DNA of 64,000 bases from a virus. Its lineage: Duplodnaviria > Heunggongvirae > Uroviricota > Caudoviricetes. The stretch lies in the IMG/VR virus record IMGVR_UViG_3300045988_142422; one strand, 5' to 3'. A program made the translations under genes and the position numbers. Every line of letters begins with the position of its first letter. Positions within the stretch are counted from its first letter, which is position 1. The notes beneath the pieces are model-generated. The model saw only the letters and a list, made by a program, of their open reading frames with translations, searched no databases and was not told the DNA's origin. Shown one piece after another: positions 28,201 to 37,658 of this stretch.

Positions 28201-30003
28201 GATGAAGCGGCGGCTCTTATTGCTAAGGAAAGCGAGGCTCGTGTTGAAGGCGATGCTGCAAACGCTAAACAACTGGAAGTGTTGCAGTCAACGGTAGAGG
28301 AAAGCTCCGCTGCCGTTGAAGAAATGAAAAAGACGGTTGCAGAGGTCGATCGTGCCAGTGCAGAACTGACTACGAACATTGAGGCGTTAGCCAAAACAAA
28401 TATTGACCTGGCTCTTCGTCAAGATGAAGACCAGCACAAGCAGATGGTCAATAACGCGAAGATCGCAACAACACAGAAAACCTTTGCTGATGATATGTCT
28501 GCAATGGCCACGAAGGTTGAGGAAATTCGCGTAGAAATTGGCGAAGACATTAAGGCCAGTATTCTGGAAGAGTCCACCGCTCGTGCCGATGGCGATGAAG
28601 CGTTGGCAAAGCGTGTCACTCAGCTGCAATCTAAGTTTGAAGGAGATATCAGCGCGGCGATTAGTACAGAGCAGGAGGCTCGTACATCTGCCGATGAAGC
28701 TCTGACGACACAGATCACTCAGCTTGAGTCGAAAGTAAGCAACGATATCGTCGCAGCTATTAAGGAAGAGCAAGAAGCCCGAGCAACGGAAGATTCGGCT
28801 CTGGCAAGCCAGATCACCCAACTTCAGGCAAAAGTTGATGATGATATTTCTGCTGCAATACGTAGTGAGCAGGAGGCCCGAGCAAGCGGGGACTCTGCGT
28901 TAGCCAAACAAATAAACCAGCTTCAGTCAAAGGTTGACGGTGATATATCCGCTGCCATCACTCAGGAGCAGGAGGCCAGAGCAAGTGCTGACCAGGCGCT
29001 CTCACGAGAAATTAACAGCCTGCGAGCACAAACCGGAACTGATATTGCCGCAGCGGTTGCTGTAGAGACAAAAGCAAGGACTGATGCCGATAGTGCATTG
29101 TCTACCCAGATTACGTCTCTTACAGCAAAAGCTAATGATCTCGAGGCGTCTCTTGCCAGAGAAACAACGGCTCGTGCAGATGGTGATACCGCTTTAACAA
29201 AAGAGGTTTCAAGTTTAAAAGCACAGACAGCGAAAGATATTAGTGCGGCCGTTGCAGTTGAAACGCAGGCTCGAACTGATGCTGACTCGGCGTTGTCGTC
29301 TCAGATCACCAAGCTGACCTCTCAATACAAAGAGGATATTAAAGCGGCTGTAGCAACCGAAACGAAAACGCGTACAGAGCAAGATGCTGCATTGGCGACT
29401 CAAATCACAAACTTAGAGTCTCAAACGGCAGCCAACATTTCCGCGGCGGTAACAACTGAAACGACAGCGAGAACGCAGGCAGATAATGCTCTGAGTGGGC
29501 GAATCGATACTCTGAAAGCAGAGGTGGATGGAAATACCGCGACAATTCAACAGCAGGCAACAGCTATTGCTGATACCAACAAAAAAGTATCAACCGCGTG
29601 GACGTTGAAAATGGAGACTTCAACGAGCGGAGGGCAGAAGTATGTTGCCGGTATTGCGCTTGGTATTGACACCACTGGGCTATCTCAGTTTTTGGTTCAG
29701 GCGGACAGGTTTGGTTTGGTCAACTCTGTTAACGGGAAGATCACAACGCCATTTGTTATCGAAAACAGTATCGCCTATATGAATGGAGCGTATATCAAGG
29801 ATGGCACAATCACCAATGCAAAAGTAGGCGATCTGCAATCTACCAATTTTGTTAGCGGTAGATCTGGATGGCGGTTCGGCAAAAATGGAACGCTTGAGAT
29901 CAACGGTAATAGCGGCGGCAATGGGCGATTGGTTATAAATGGTCAGCGGATTGACGTTTATGACGATAACAACGTCCTACGAGTAAGAATTGGCCGTCTG
30001 TGA
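25276..30003 (+). CDS. Host specificity / tail tip protein (lambda gpJ-like) with a long coiled-coil repeat insertion
   Basis: About 1575 aa, last large gene of the tail block; AAGGA upstream of ATG 25276. Contains about 10 tandem 29-30 aa repeats. Confidence 0.75.
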   Translation: MEQFKKKKLPLFIAGAGGKKSSKSSSRTPVEADDTVNSRAMAAILDLLGEGVIGGLVNGARSIFIDDLPIVNEDGSSNFSGITWDFRDGSQDQTPMSGFDFVETPKSVNIQLKKTHYVTVSIDNDEADRVRVIMKFPSLRSIDKKTGDTNGTTVEYKFQIANGDSTFVDVVAEGEKSVGIKLTAKKTGVYYRSYELKLPKPGRAYKVRVVRITDDNSSQYLYNDTWVDSIGEIVDTPMNYPNSVLVGLKVNSEQFGSTMPSRSYLVRGLKIRVPSNYNESSNTYAGVWDGTFKLLSSSNPAWILFDLLTNARYGLGQYVSESMIDLGQLYQIGRYCDEEVDDGFGGKEKRFAINTQITSRQDAYRLIQDIAGAFRGMVFWAGGMVNIMQDSPSDPVMMFTNSNVKDGLFTYKGSARKDRPSVALVTYNNKEDGYKQNIEYVEDQDAMRRYGERKTEVVAFGCTSRGQAHRVGLWLLYTARMESDVITFTAGLDASFLMPGETVLIQNKYRAGKRNSGRIVAFTKNSVTLDAPVSLAKGGCFIRILNQEGKIVERDVLETGENITKVTFSKALSSAETPVLNGVWTITEPDLEPMRVRIVNIAQGETPGSFDITAVENNPSKYEAIDNGATLIPQNTTVLDPTYSKPSNLQITEGTYLSSPGNLSVKLTATWEGKSPEYWISWRRSDENNVSNWQSARVTEEQYEIVNVAENGRYDFQLYAVSFNGKKTEIISAVYQVLGTMTPPDSPTSLTAVGDYRNVILNWVNPDSVDLDHINVYASQTNNLDTAKLIAESASTTFTHAGLGDSETWYYWVRASNKRGMLSPPNSNLGTEATTRDVLSFLTGKITSSELGQALLEDINSKASQEAVDELNEHINQSVESLEGAVNDVKEDIAELDQQFSDNLADFEIKFNERSDALENAQTELKGEVSATIDKVNEAFEKIDATDAAIVEIENTVSEHDKALANTVEAIKAARDEAAALIAKESEARVEGDAANAKQLEVLQSTVEESSAAVEEMKKTVAEVDRASAELTTNIEALAKTNIDLALRQDEDQHKQMVNNAKIATTQKTFADDMSAMATKVEEIRVEIGEDIKASILEESTARADGDEALAKRVTQLQSKFEGDISAAISTEQEARTSADEALTTQITQLESKVSNDIVAAIKEEQEARATEDSALASQITQLQAKVDDDISAAIRSEQEARASGDSALAKQINQLQSKVDGDISAAITQEQEARASADQALSREINSLRAQTGTDIAAAVAVETKARTDADSALSTQITSLTAKANDLEASLARETTARADGDTALTKEVSSLKAQTAKDISAAVAVETQARTDADSALSSQITKLTSQYKEDIKAAVATETKTRTEQDAALATQITNLESQTAANISAAVTTETTARTQADNALSGRIDTLKAEVDGNTATIQQQATAIADTNKKVSTAWTLKMETSTSGGQKYVAGIALGIDTTGLSQFLVQADRFGLVNSVNGKITTPFVIENSIAYMNGAYIKDGTITNAKVGDLQSTNFVSGRSGWRFGKNGTLEINGNSGGNGRLVINGQRIDVYDDNNVLRVRIGRL
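28560..29530 (+). repeat. Tandem in-frame repeats (about 87-90 nt each, about 10 copies) inside the gpJ-like gene
   Basis: Protein repeats of the form DISAAI..EQEARASADQALS.QITQLQSKV, read from the translation. Confidence 0.7.
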
Positions 30004-30096
30004 TGGTGGAAAAAAATTTTTATATCGGTAAAAATAGGTAAGTATTTACCTAATGGCGGGCAAGGATAGCCCGCCAAATCAAGGAGCATATTCAAC

Positions 30097-33000
30097 ATGT
30101 GGTACAGGGAAGGTACTATCACATTTACACAGGGTAGCAATACTCTGGTTGGGGCAGGGACAGCCTGGAACGTAACAGCTAATGGTGTGTTGCCGGGGAT
30201 GATCGTCATTGGCCCCGACAATAAGCTGTATGAGATCAAGCGCGTAACCAGTGATACGAACATTGTTCTCTCAGAACCTTATACCGGCGAAACTCAGTCT
30301 GAAGTTCCGTGCCGAATCATTACGACCTATGAAGGCGACTTAACACAGTTTAGCGCGCGCTTTACAGCACTAATGTCGCGTATGTCGGCTGATTCCAAGT
30401 CTATGCGCAGTTGGTTGACTGCTCTGGATGAGGTGACAATCGAGCGTGAAGACGGTACAGAAGTAACCGTTAAGCCGCTAATGCAGATCGTCAACGAGCA
30501 CAACGAAAACGTTGAGTGGTATAAAAATAACACTGACGCGATTGATGCTGCTGGCGACAAAGCTCGTGAGGCGGCGGCCAGTGCTGCCGCAGCAGCAGAA
30601 AGCGCCAATACCGCTGGAGAAAAAGCCTCTCAAGCGTCTCAAAGTGTATCCGCTGCGGCATCCTCACAAAGTGCCGCAAGTGCGAGTGCAACTGCTGCGA
30701 AAAAATCTGAAACGAATGCCGCAGCGTCACAACAATCAGCAGCCACTTCTGCATCCACCGCGACCACGAAAGCGTCAGAAGCTGCCACCTCAGCCCGGGA
30801 TGCGGCGGCCTCAAAAGAGGCAGCGAAATCATCAGAAACGAACGCATCCTTGAGCGCCAGTAGCGCAGCTTCCTCGGCAACGGCGGCAGGAAATTCCGCG
30901 AAGGCGGCAAAAACGTCCGAGACGAACGCCAGGTCTTCTGAGACGGCAGCGGGACAGAGCGCCTCAGCTGCGGCAGGCTCAAAAACAGCGGCTGCGTCGT
31001 CTGCCAGTGCCGCGTCAACAAGTGCCGGGCAGGCCTCAGCCAGTGCCACCGCCGCCGGAAAATCGGCAGAAAGTGCCGCATCGTCTGCTTCAACAGCCAC
31101 AACGAAGGCTGGCGAAGCCACTGAACAGGCCAGCGCAGCAGCGAGGTCTGCTTCCGCAGCGAAGACATCCGAAACGAACGCGAAAGCGTCGGAAACCAGC
31201 GCAGAATCCTCAAAAACGGCTGCCGCATCGTCCGCCAGTTCGGCGGCGTCATCGGCATCATCTGCGTCTGCTTCAAAAGATGAGGCGACCAGACAGGCGT
31301 CAGCAGCGAAGGGCAGTGCCACGACGGCATCCACGAAAGCAACAGAGGCGGCAGGCAGTGCGACGGCAGCATCTCAGAGCAAAACTGCTGCTGAATCCGC
31401 TGCGACCCGTGCGGAAGCTGCTGCTGATCGTGCTGAAGAGATTGCCGGTGCAGTTGCGATGGAAGACGCAAGCCTTACAACTAAAGGTGTTGTGAAACTT
31501 AGCAGTGCTGTCGACAGCACCAGTGAATCGCTGGCCGCAACGCCAAAAGCAGTTAAAGCAGCCAATGACAATGCGAATAGCAGGGTGCCATCTAACCGAA
31601 AAGTTAACGGTAAAGCACTGACTGCGGATATCACATTAACGCCGAAAGATATTGGTACTTTAAATTCAGTAACGATGTCTTTCTCTGGCGGGGCAGGGTG
31701 GTTCAAACTGGCTACGGTTACCATGCCACAAGCGAGTTCCATCGTTTACATCGCATTGATTGGTGGCGCTGGTTACAACGTCGGCTCCCCACATCAGGCA
31801 GGTATTTCAGAACTGGTTCTACGAGCAGGCAATGGAAACCCCAAAGGGATTACAGGTGCTTTGTGGAAGCGTACAGCTGTCGGATTAACGAATTTCGCCT
31901 GGATCAACACATCCGGCGATACATATGATATTTACGTTGAGATTGGCAATTATGCGACTCGTGTAAATATCCATTGGGATTGTACTGCAAATGCGACAGT
32001 TTCTATTTATACCTCGCCAACATATTCAGCGAGTAAGCCTTCCAGCGTTACCGATGGTGTTGTTTATACGATGTATAGCTCACATCAGAAACCTACACCA
32101 TCAGATATTGGAGCACTGCCAACAACCGGAGGAACAGTTTCAGGTCCGTTGTCTGTTACAGGTGGATTAACTGGTTCATTGAATGGTAATGCAAGTACAG
32201 CCACGAAATTGCAGACGGCAAGATCTATCGGTGGAGTTGTTTTCGACGGTTCTGCAAATATTAACCTTCCAGGTGTAAACACTACGGGTAATCAGAACAC
32301 CACTGGTAATGCTGCAACTGCTACAAAACTTCAGACGGCAAGAACTATCGGCGGCGTGAGCTTTGATGGTACTGCGAATATTAATTTGCCTGGTGTAAAC
32401 ACGGCAGGTAATCAGAATACAACGGGCAACGCGGCTACTGCTACGAAGTTGCAAACAGCGAGAAACATCAATGGTGTTAAGTTTGATGGCTCAGGCGATA
32501 TCAACATTAATACACTGGTATCTCGTGGCCGAGTTACGGCGTTAAGTGGCTCTACTCAGGGTACTGCTGGTATTCAAATGTATGAAGCATATAGCAATAA
32601 TTACCCAACATCATTCGGCAATGTTCTGCATATGAAAGGGGCGAGTGCTGCTGGTGAGGGCGAGTTGCTTATTGGCTGGAGCGGAACGGATGGTGCTCAT
32701 GCACCGGTTTATGTTCGTTCACGCCGTGATACTTCGACAGCGAATTGGTCTGGTTGGGCGCAGGTCTATACCACTGCTCATAAACCCACAGCGAAAGATG
32801 TTGGGGCTGCACAGACGTTTAGCGCGTCATACAGTACTGGGGCTGGCAACTGGACTACCGCTGAATTTATCGCATGGCTGAAGGAGCGTGGTGCTTTCGC
32901 CGTACCGTATTGGATGATGAAAGGCTCTTGGTCATATGCCGACAATAAAATTATCACTGATACAGGTGTCGGCAATATTTGTCTTGCTGGTGCGGTTATC

Positions 33001-34485
33001 GAGGTTTTAGGTCACGAAGGCGCAATGACCATCCGAGTTACTACGCCTACAACGACAACCGGAGGTGGTATTGCCAGTGCTCAGTTCACCTATATTAATC
33101 ACGGTAGCGCGTATGCCCCTGCCTGGCGCAGAGATTACAACACGACTCTCAAACCAACTGCGGCTGATGTTGGTGCGTTGCCGAGCGGTGGCGGCACACT
33201 TTCCGGCGCACTCACATTATCTATGGTTGCGCCGAGTGTTCAATTACGAGGGCAAGGTACTGATACCAGGCAGTACATCATGGCTTACAGAACCGATGGT
33301 GCTACATCATGGTATGTAGGTAAGGCTAACAACGGCTCTGATAGCGCGATGCTCTGGAACTATACGGGGGCAAACGGAGTCGAGTTGGCTGCCGATGGCA
33401 ATGTGCGCATTAATGCGAAGGGTAAGCAGTTTACGTTCGCAAACAACGGCAATTTGGGGCTTGTCGCTTCGTTGGATCAAAGTTCTGTTCCACAGGGCAC
33501 TTACCATCAAGTTGCTATGAACTCTGGAACCAGAGGTGCTAAATCCTATCTTCGTAAGTTCAGGGGTGGGAACGCAGATACCGTCTGGCATGAAACCGTT
33601 CAAGACGGAAATTACCGACTTGCTACTGGTGACACTGATTCTCAGGGTGAAATGTACCTTTCGACTTCGGGTTGGGTTCGTTTCCGTGGTGAAGTTGTTT
33701 CAGAATCGGCCAATGGTTTGCGAGCCGCATTCGGTAACTTCGGTTTCTTTATCCGAAATGATGGAACGAACACTTATTTCCTTTTGACAGCTTCAGGTGA
33801 CAAGTACGGTTCTTGGAATGGTTTGCGGCCTCTGACTATCAACAATGTCAGTGGCGCAGTGTCAATGAGCAACGGACTAACTGTTGCTGGTGGACTTAAT
33901 GTAACGAGCGGAAACCTGAAAATCTCGACGTCCAGCACATCGTGGATCGACATGAGAGCAGGCGTAGCCCTTTCGAACTCTTCAGCTGTTTCGACGTCAT
34001 CCGCTTCGGCGATAGTCCGTCAAGAACACGCCGATCGCCATTTCATTCTTGGCGGTTTGGGTAACTCGCAGTTCGGGATTTACATGATTAACAAATCTCG
34101 AACTGCGAACGGCACTGACGCTGCCGCTTATCTCCAGAACGACGGCACTTGGGTTTGCGCAGGCAACGGTAGTTTTAATGACGTTTACATCCGTTCCGAC
34201 CGCCGTAGTAAGCGCAATATTCGCAAAATTGAGCGGGCGCTCGACAAGCTGGAGCAGATCGAAGGTGTTCTCTACGAGATTCAGGTCTGTGGCCGTTATG
34301 AGCAGTCTGGTGGCCTCATCGCTCAGGATGTCCAGAATGTTCAGCCTGAACTGGTAACGGTCGACCATAACGATCAGTCAGGAGAGCCTCGTCTGCGTCT
34401 TAACTACAACGGCGTTATCGGCATGTTGGTTGAGGCTGTCAAAGAGCTGCGCGAGGAAGTGCGCGAACTGAAGGCAAAAATGTAA
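30097..34485 (+). CDS. Tail fiber protein with C-terminal intramolecular chaperone (peptidase S74-like) domain
   Basis: AAGGAG before ATG. Ala/Ser-rich low-complexity region (about 30580-31450); three ATKLQTAR.IGGV.FDG.ANINLPGV fiber-type repeats (about 32170-32510); C-terminal YIRSDRRSKRNIRKIERALDKL motif typical of autoproteolytic chaperone domains. Confidence 0.8.
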   Translation: MWYREGTITFTQGSNTLVGAGTAWNVTANGVLPGMIVIGPDNKLYEIKRVTSDTNIVLSEPYTGETQSEVPCRIITTYEGDLTQFSARFTALMSRMSADSKSMRSWLTALDEVTIEREDGTEVTVKPLMQIVNEHNENVEWYKNNTDAIDAAGDKAREAAASAAAAAESANTAGEKASQASQSVSAAASSQSAASASATAAKKSETNAAASQQSAATSASTATTKASEAATSARDAAASKEAAKSSETNASLSASSAASSATAAGNSAKAAKTSETNARSSETAAGQSASAAAGSKTAAASSASAASTSAGQASASATAAGKSAESAASSASTATTKAGEATEQASAAARSASAAKTSETNAKASETSAESSKTAAASSASSAASSASSASASKDEATRQASAAKGSATTASTKATEAAGSATAASQSKTAAESAATRAEAAADRAEEIAGAVAMEDASLTTKGVVKLSSAVDSTSESLAATPKAVKAANDNANSRVPSNRKVNGKALTADITLTPKDIGTLNSVTMSFSGGAGWFKLATVTMPQASSIVYIALIGGAGYNVGSPHQAGISELVLRAGNGNPKGITGALWKRTAVGLTNFAWINTSGDTYDIYVEIGNYATRVNIHWDCTANATVSIYTSPTYSASKPSSVTDGVVYTMYSSHQKPTPSDIGALPTTGGTVSGPLSVTGGLTGSLNGNASTATKLQTARSIGGVVFDGSANINLPGVNTTGNQNTTGNAATATKLQTARTIGGVSFDGTANINLPGVNTAGNQNTTGNAATATKLQTARNINGVKFDGSGDININTLVSRGRVTALSGSTQGTAGIQMYEAYSNNYPTSFGNVLHMKGASAAGEGELLIGWSGTDGAHAPVYVRSRRDTSTANWSGWAQVYTTAHKPTAKDVGAAQTFSASYSTGAGNWTTAEFIAWLKERGAFAVPYWMMKGSWSYADNKIITDTGVGNICLAGAVIEVLGHEGAMTIRVTTPTTTTGGGIASAQFTYINHGSAYAPAWRRDYNTTLKPTAADVGALPSGGGTLSGALTLSMVAPSVQLRGQGTDTRQYIMAYRTDGATSWYVGKANNGSDSAMLWNYTGANGVELAADGNVRINAKGKQFTFANNGNLGLVASLDQSSVPQGTYHQVAMNSGTRGAKSYLRKFRGGNADTVWHETVQDGNYRLATGDTDSQGEMYLSTSGWVRFRGEVVSESANGLRAAFGNFGFFIRNDGTNTYFLLTASGDKYGSWNGLRPLTINNVSGAVSMSNGLTVAGGLNVTSGNLKISTSSTSWIDMRAGVALSNSSAVSTSSASAIVRQEHADRHFILGGLGNSQFGIYMINKSRTANGTDAAAYLQNDGTWVCAGNGSFNDVYIRSDRRSKRNIRKIERALDKLEQIEGVLYEIQVCGRYEQSGGLIAQDVQNVQPELVTVDHNDQSGEPRLRLNYNGVIGMLVEAVKELREEVRELKAKM

Positions 34486-34551
34486 TCAAGGTGAATGGTG
34501 AGGGGACACCCTCACCAATTCAGGATATTCACATCAAAAAGGAGATTAGAT

Positions 34552-35334
34552 GTGCCAATTGTCGGTGTTCCCGGTTGGATTGGGTCTTCGGCTGTCAGTG
34601 TGACAGGCCAGAGATGGATGAGTGCGGCTCGAACGGCGGTGCAACTGCCAGCGGCTGGTTCAATGTCTCAAATGGCCGGGCGATCTAAAGAAGTTCAGTA
34701 CAGCATCGGTGCGAATCATAACTACAACAAAGACACACTGATCAACTATTTAAAATCCCAGGGGGCGACGCCAGTCGTTGTTACCATTACAGGGGATCTG
34801 GTGTCGTCCAGTAGCGGCGTGCCATGTTTAGATTTCCCGAGTTCACTTACCAACTCTTATATCAGCCTTGTAATCAACGCAGGTGTGACTGTCTATGGAC
34901 GCGGTGGCAATGGTGGTAGTAACGCTGCCGGTGCTGCTGGTGGTAACGCAATTAATAATGGCATCGGTACACGCTTGCGTATTACGAATAATGGTGCAAT
35001 CGCTGGAGGTGGTGGCGGCGGTGGCGGCGGTAACAGGGGTAAACTAATATTTGGTGGTGGCGGTGGTCGCCCATTCGGTGCTGGTGGGTCTTCCTCTCAT
35101 ATGAGTTCCGGTGCAACTGCTGGTACTATTTCCGCTCCTGGTAAAGGATCTGTTGGTGAGGGGTCTCTTAGTGCATATACAGGCGGTTCGGGTGGTAATG
35201 TCGGTGCTGCTGGAGGAAGATGTAATACTCAAGGTAACGGTACAGAATATAACGGCGGAGCAGCTGGTAAAGCTGTTACTGGTAATGCTCCAACTTGGAC
35301 TAAAGTTGGGGCAATTTACGGCGCTCATGTGTAA
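34552..35334 (+). CDS. Glycine-rich protein, possibly a fiber-associated or second receptor-binding protein
   Basis: AAAGGAG 8 nt before GTG 34552; long poly-Gly tracts (GGGGGGGGGNRG..GGGGGR). ORF track lists the frame from 34495. Confidence 0.4.
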   Translation: MPIVGVPGWIGSSAVSVTGQRWMSAARTAVQLPAAGSMSQMAGRSKEVQYSIGANHNYNKDTLINYLKSQGATPVVVTITGDLVSSSSGVPCLDFPSSLTNSYISLVINAGVTVYGRGGNGGSNAAGAAGGNAINNGIGTRLRITNNGAIAGGGGGGGGGNRGKLIFGGGGGRPFGAGGSSSHMSSGATAGTISAPGKGSVGEGSLSAYTGGSGGNVGAAGGRCNTQGNGTEYNGGAAGKAVTGNAPTWTKVGAIYGAHV

Positions 35335-35408
35335 GTACTTACCTACCAAGTGTGGGCGTTTTATGATATAAAACCGCCATCCCGATTTGACGATTCATGG
35401 AGGAAATA

Positions 35409-35732
35409 ATGTCGAACGAGATGGCAGGCGTAACGCCAGAGCAGGTAGAGCGCATTGCCGCTATCGTTGCGCGTGAAGTTGTCGGCAAATTAGGTAAGGA
35501 GTTGCGTGAGGAAATTGGCCAGGAGGTCAACGACCAGCTCAAAACCTACTTTGGCGATATGACGCCTTCGCAACACAGCATTCAGCACTCCAACCTGGAC
35601 AAACTACTTAATCGGCTAGACGCCATCTCCAGCGGGTTCTTTGGCGGCATTATCTCAAAGATAACGTCGTTCCTGATTACCGCGCTGCTGCTGGGTCTGG
35701 CCGCTTATGGCGTGAAGAATGGACTGCAATAA
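35409..35732 (+). CDS. Putative holin-like membrane protein
   Basis: GGAGGA 5 nt before ATG 35409; single C-terminal transmembrane segment; first gene of the apparent lysis cassette. Function inferred from position. Confidence 0.35.
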   Translation: MSNEMAGVTPEQVERIAAIVAREVVGKLGKELREEIGQEVNDQLKTYFGDMTPSQHSIQHSNLDKLLNRLDAISSGFFGGIISKITSFLITALLLGLAAYGVKNGLQ

Positions 35733-35745
35733 CAGGAGATCAAGG

Positions 35746-36438
35746 ATGAAAACTCCGAGAGGCATTCGTAATAACAACCCTGGCAACCTCGACAAAGGTT
35801 CGCCGTGGCAGGGGCTAATCGACAACCCTGCCGAACCGCGCTTTTGCACGTTTAAAGACCCTGTTTGGGGGATTCGTGCGCTGGCGGTGACTCTAATTAC
35901 CTACCACGATAAACGTCGCGCAAAAGACGGCACAAGTATCGATACCATTCGTGAAGTTATTGAACGCTGGGCACCGCCGAATGAAAACAATACTGACGCC
36001 TACATTAATGAGGTGTCTAAAGCCGTTGGTGTAACCGCAGACATGATCATCGATCTGCATGATTACGACATCCTTCGACCTTTGGTTGAGGCAATCATTC
36101 GCCACGAGAATGGCCGAGGCCCGCTAAAAACGCTGAACACCTGGTATGCGGCAGAAGTTATTGAGGAAGGTCTGCGTCGAGCTGGCGTTGTTAAGCCGGT
36201 GAAAACCGTGAAGGCTGTTCCTGTAACTAAAGAAACCGCAGGCGCAACTGTTACAGCAGGTATTGGTCTGGCGCAGCTGGCCGATGTTATGCCGCAGGTT
36301 TCCGCTGCTATGGATAAAGCACAAGGTCATATCTCTAGCGGGGATACAGTACGCATCATCTTCGGTATTGCCACTATTGTTGTGGCAGGATTCATTGCCT
36401 GGTCGCAGGTAAGAAAACACCAGAAAGGGATGGTCTAA
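35746..36438 (+). CDS. Putative endolysin / cell-wall hydrolase with C-terminal transmembrane anchor
   Basis: AGGAG before ATG 35746; N-terminal GIRNNNPGN motif that I associate with phage lysozyme-like proteins (from memory); directly upstream of the spanins. Confidence 0.4.
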   Translation: MKTPRGIRNNNPGNLDKGSPWQGLIDNPAEPRFCTFKDPVWGIRALAVTLITYHDKRRAKDGTSIDTIREVIERWAPPNENNTDAYINEVSKAVGVTADMIIDLHDYDILRPLVEAIIRHENGRGPLKTLNTWYAAEVIEEGLRRAGVVKPVKTVKAVPVTKETAGATVTAGIGLAQLADVMPQVSAAMDKAQGHISSGDTVRIIFGIATIVVAGFIAWSQVRKHQKGMV

Positions 36439-36439
36439 T

Positions 36440-36691
36440 ATGCTAGGCAGCCTGATGACAAAGCTAAAAGTTGCTTTGATTACGCTGGCTGCCGTTCTTT
36501 TCGTTCTTGTCGGCGCTTACACGATGGGCGGGAATGCGGCGCGACGAGCAATGGAAGAGAAGGCAAAACAGGAAGACAGAAAACGACTTCAAAACACAGT
36601 GAAAGTGGTGAATGAGACGAGCAGTAAAATACGTCAGAAAGATGCTTCTGCCGTTCATCGTGAGTTGTATGATAAGTGGGTGCGTCATTAA
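36440..36691 (+). CDS. Inner-membrane spanin (Rz-like)
   Basis: N-terminal transmembrane helix followed by a charged coiled-coil region. Confidence 0.6.
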   Translation: MLGSLMTKLKVALITLAAVLFVLVGAYTMGGNAARRAMEEKAKQEDRKRLQNTVKVVNETSSKIRQKDASAVHRELYDKWVRH

Positions 36692-36827
36692 ACCACAAAC
36701 AGCCAGCGTGTTGTTCTGCGATGGGGCTGAGCCTATCTATATCAGCAATAATGATGTAATGACTGAAGAAACCGAACGCCAAATCCTTTTTCACAATACG
36801 ATGGGAGAGAGGGTTTGTGGTTGGTGA
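36642..36827 (+). CDS. Outer-membrane lipoprotein spanin (Rz1-like), overlapping Rz in another frame
   Basis: MLLPFIVSCMISGC: signal peptide plus lipobox. Starts inside the Rz-like gene and extends beyond it. Confidence 0.6.
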   Translation: MLLPFIVSCMISGCVIKPQTASVLFCDGAEPIYISNNDVMTEETERQILFHNTMGERVCGW

Positions 36828-36859
36828 TGTCGAAGTTCCCCTCAAATGAGGGGAACACA

Positions 36860-37381
36860 TTATTCTTCGAACAATTTTTCGATAGATTTTGTAGGATAGA
36901 ACAAAGAACGCTCGTTGTTACCAACCAGCTGGATAAAGCCTAAACTTTTATAAAACGCCTTGGCTTTGTCATTTAACGCCTCAACGAAAAGTCCATGAAT
37001 GCCTACAGCAAGAGATGCATTGTACACAACGCGCATTGCATGTGTTACAAGCATTGAGCCAAATCCTTGACCTTGAAGGGACTTGTCCAAAGCCAGCCTA
37101 CCCAAAGTAACACTTGGAACATTCCGATAAGGAACCTTCTTTTGTTTGCTTCTTGAAGGTAAGGACTCCTTTTCAAAACAACTACCTGACAAAGTGTAAT
37201 ATCCTAACACTTTTGGCCTTTCTTCTTGAGTGCAAAGCACATAAGCACGAAGAATTTTTCCCTCATGCTGCCTTTTTAAGTGGTTGGCTAAAAAGGCGTT
37301 TAGTGACTCTTCGCCGCAATCAAAACCGTTTAGATCATAATCTTTCTCTCCAGAGAAAATCTCTATCGTTGTATTGCTCAC
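36860..37381 (-). CDS. GNAT-family acetyltransferase toxin (TacT/KacT-like) of a type II toxin-antitoxin pair
   Basis: GNAT motif QGQGFGSML; about 170 aa; immediately downstream of a DUF1778-type antitoxin gene. Confidence 0.8.
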   Translation of the reverse strand: MSNTTIEIFSGEKDYDLNGFDCGEESLNAFLANHLKRQHEGKILRAYVLCTQEERPKVLGYYTLSGSCFEKESLPSRSKQKKVPYRNVPSVTLGRLALDKSLQGQGFGSMLVTHAMRVVYNASLAVGIHGLFVEALNDKAKAFYKSLGFIQLVGNNERSLFYPTKSIEKLFEE

Positions 37382-37388
37382 GAGTAAA

Positions 37389-37658
37389 CTACTCCATGCT
37401 TTTCAGACGATCAGCAGCTCGTTTCAGCTTGTCGTTCGGTGCCGGAGGATTGCTTATAGCGTCCATAACCAGATTCCAGGATTCTTCATTCAGAACTAGT
37501 CTACGGTGTTGCTCTATAACTTTCACGGCACGTTCAGATGCACTGCTAACCATAAACTGAGTAATGCTCTGGTTAGACATTGCGGCAGCTTCCTCGATGA
37601 TGCTTTTATCGTCATCGGTTAATCTCAAATCGATGCGCTGCTTTTTTAGTGCTGACAT
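37389..37658 (-). CDS. DUF1778-type RHH antitoxin (TacA/KacA-like)
   Basis: RIDLRLTDDDKSIIEEAA ... PPAPNDKLKRAADRL pattern; AGGAGG RBS before ATG 37658. ORF track lists a longer 37697 start. Confidence 0.8.
   Translation of the reverse strand: MSALKKQRIDLRLTDDDKSIIEEAAAMSNQSITQFMVSSASERAVKVIEQHRRLVLNEESWNLVMDAISNPPAPNDKLKRAADRLKSME

Noticed and set aside
30491-31495. Long antisense and alternative-frame ORFs (30491-31471 minus, 30639-31334 minus, 31007-31495 plus) inside the tail fiber gene
   Set aside because: They lie entirely within the Ala/Ser-rich low-complexity part of a strongly supported gene; their products are Pro/Arg/Gln or Ala/Asp homopolymer-like, the usual signature of frame artifacts over repetitive GC-rich codons.
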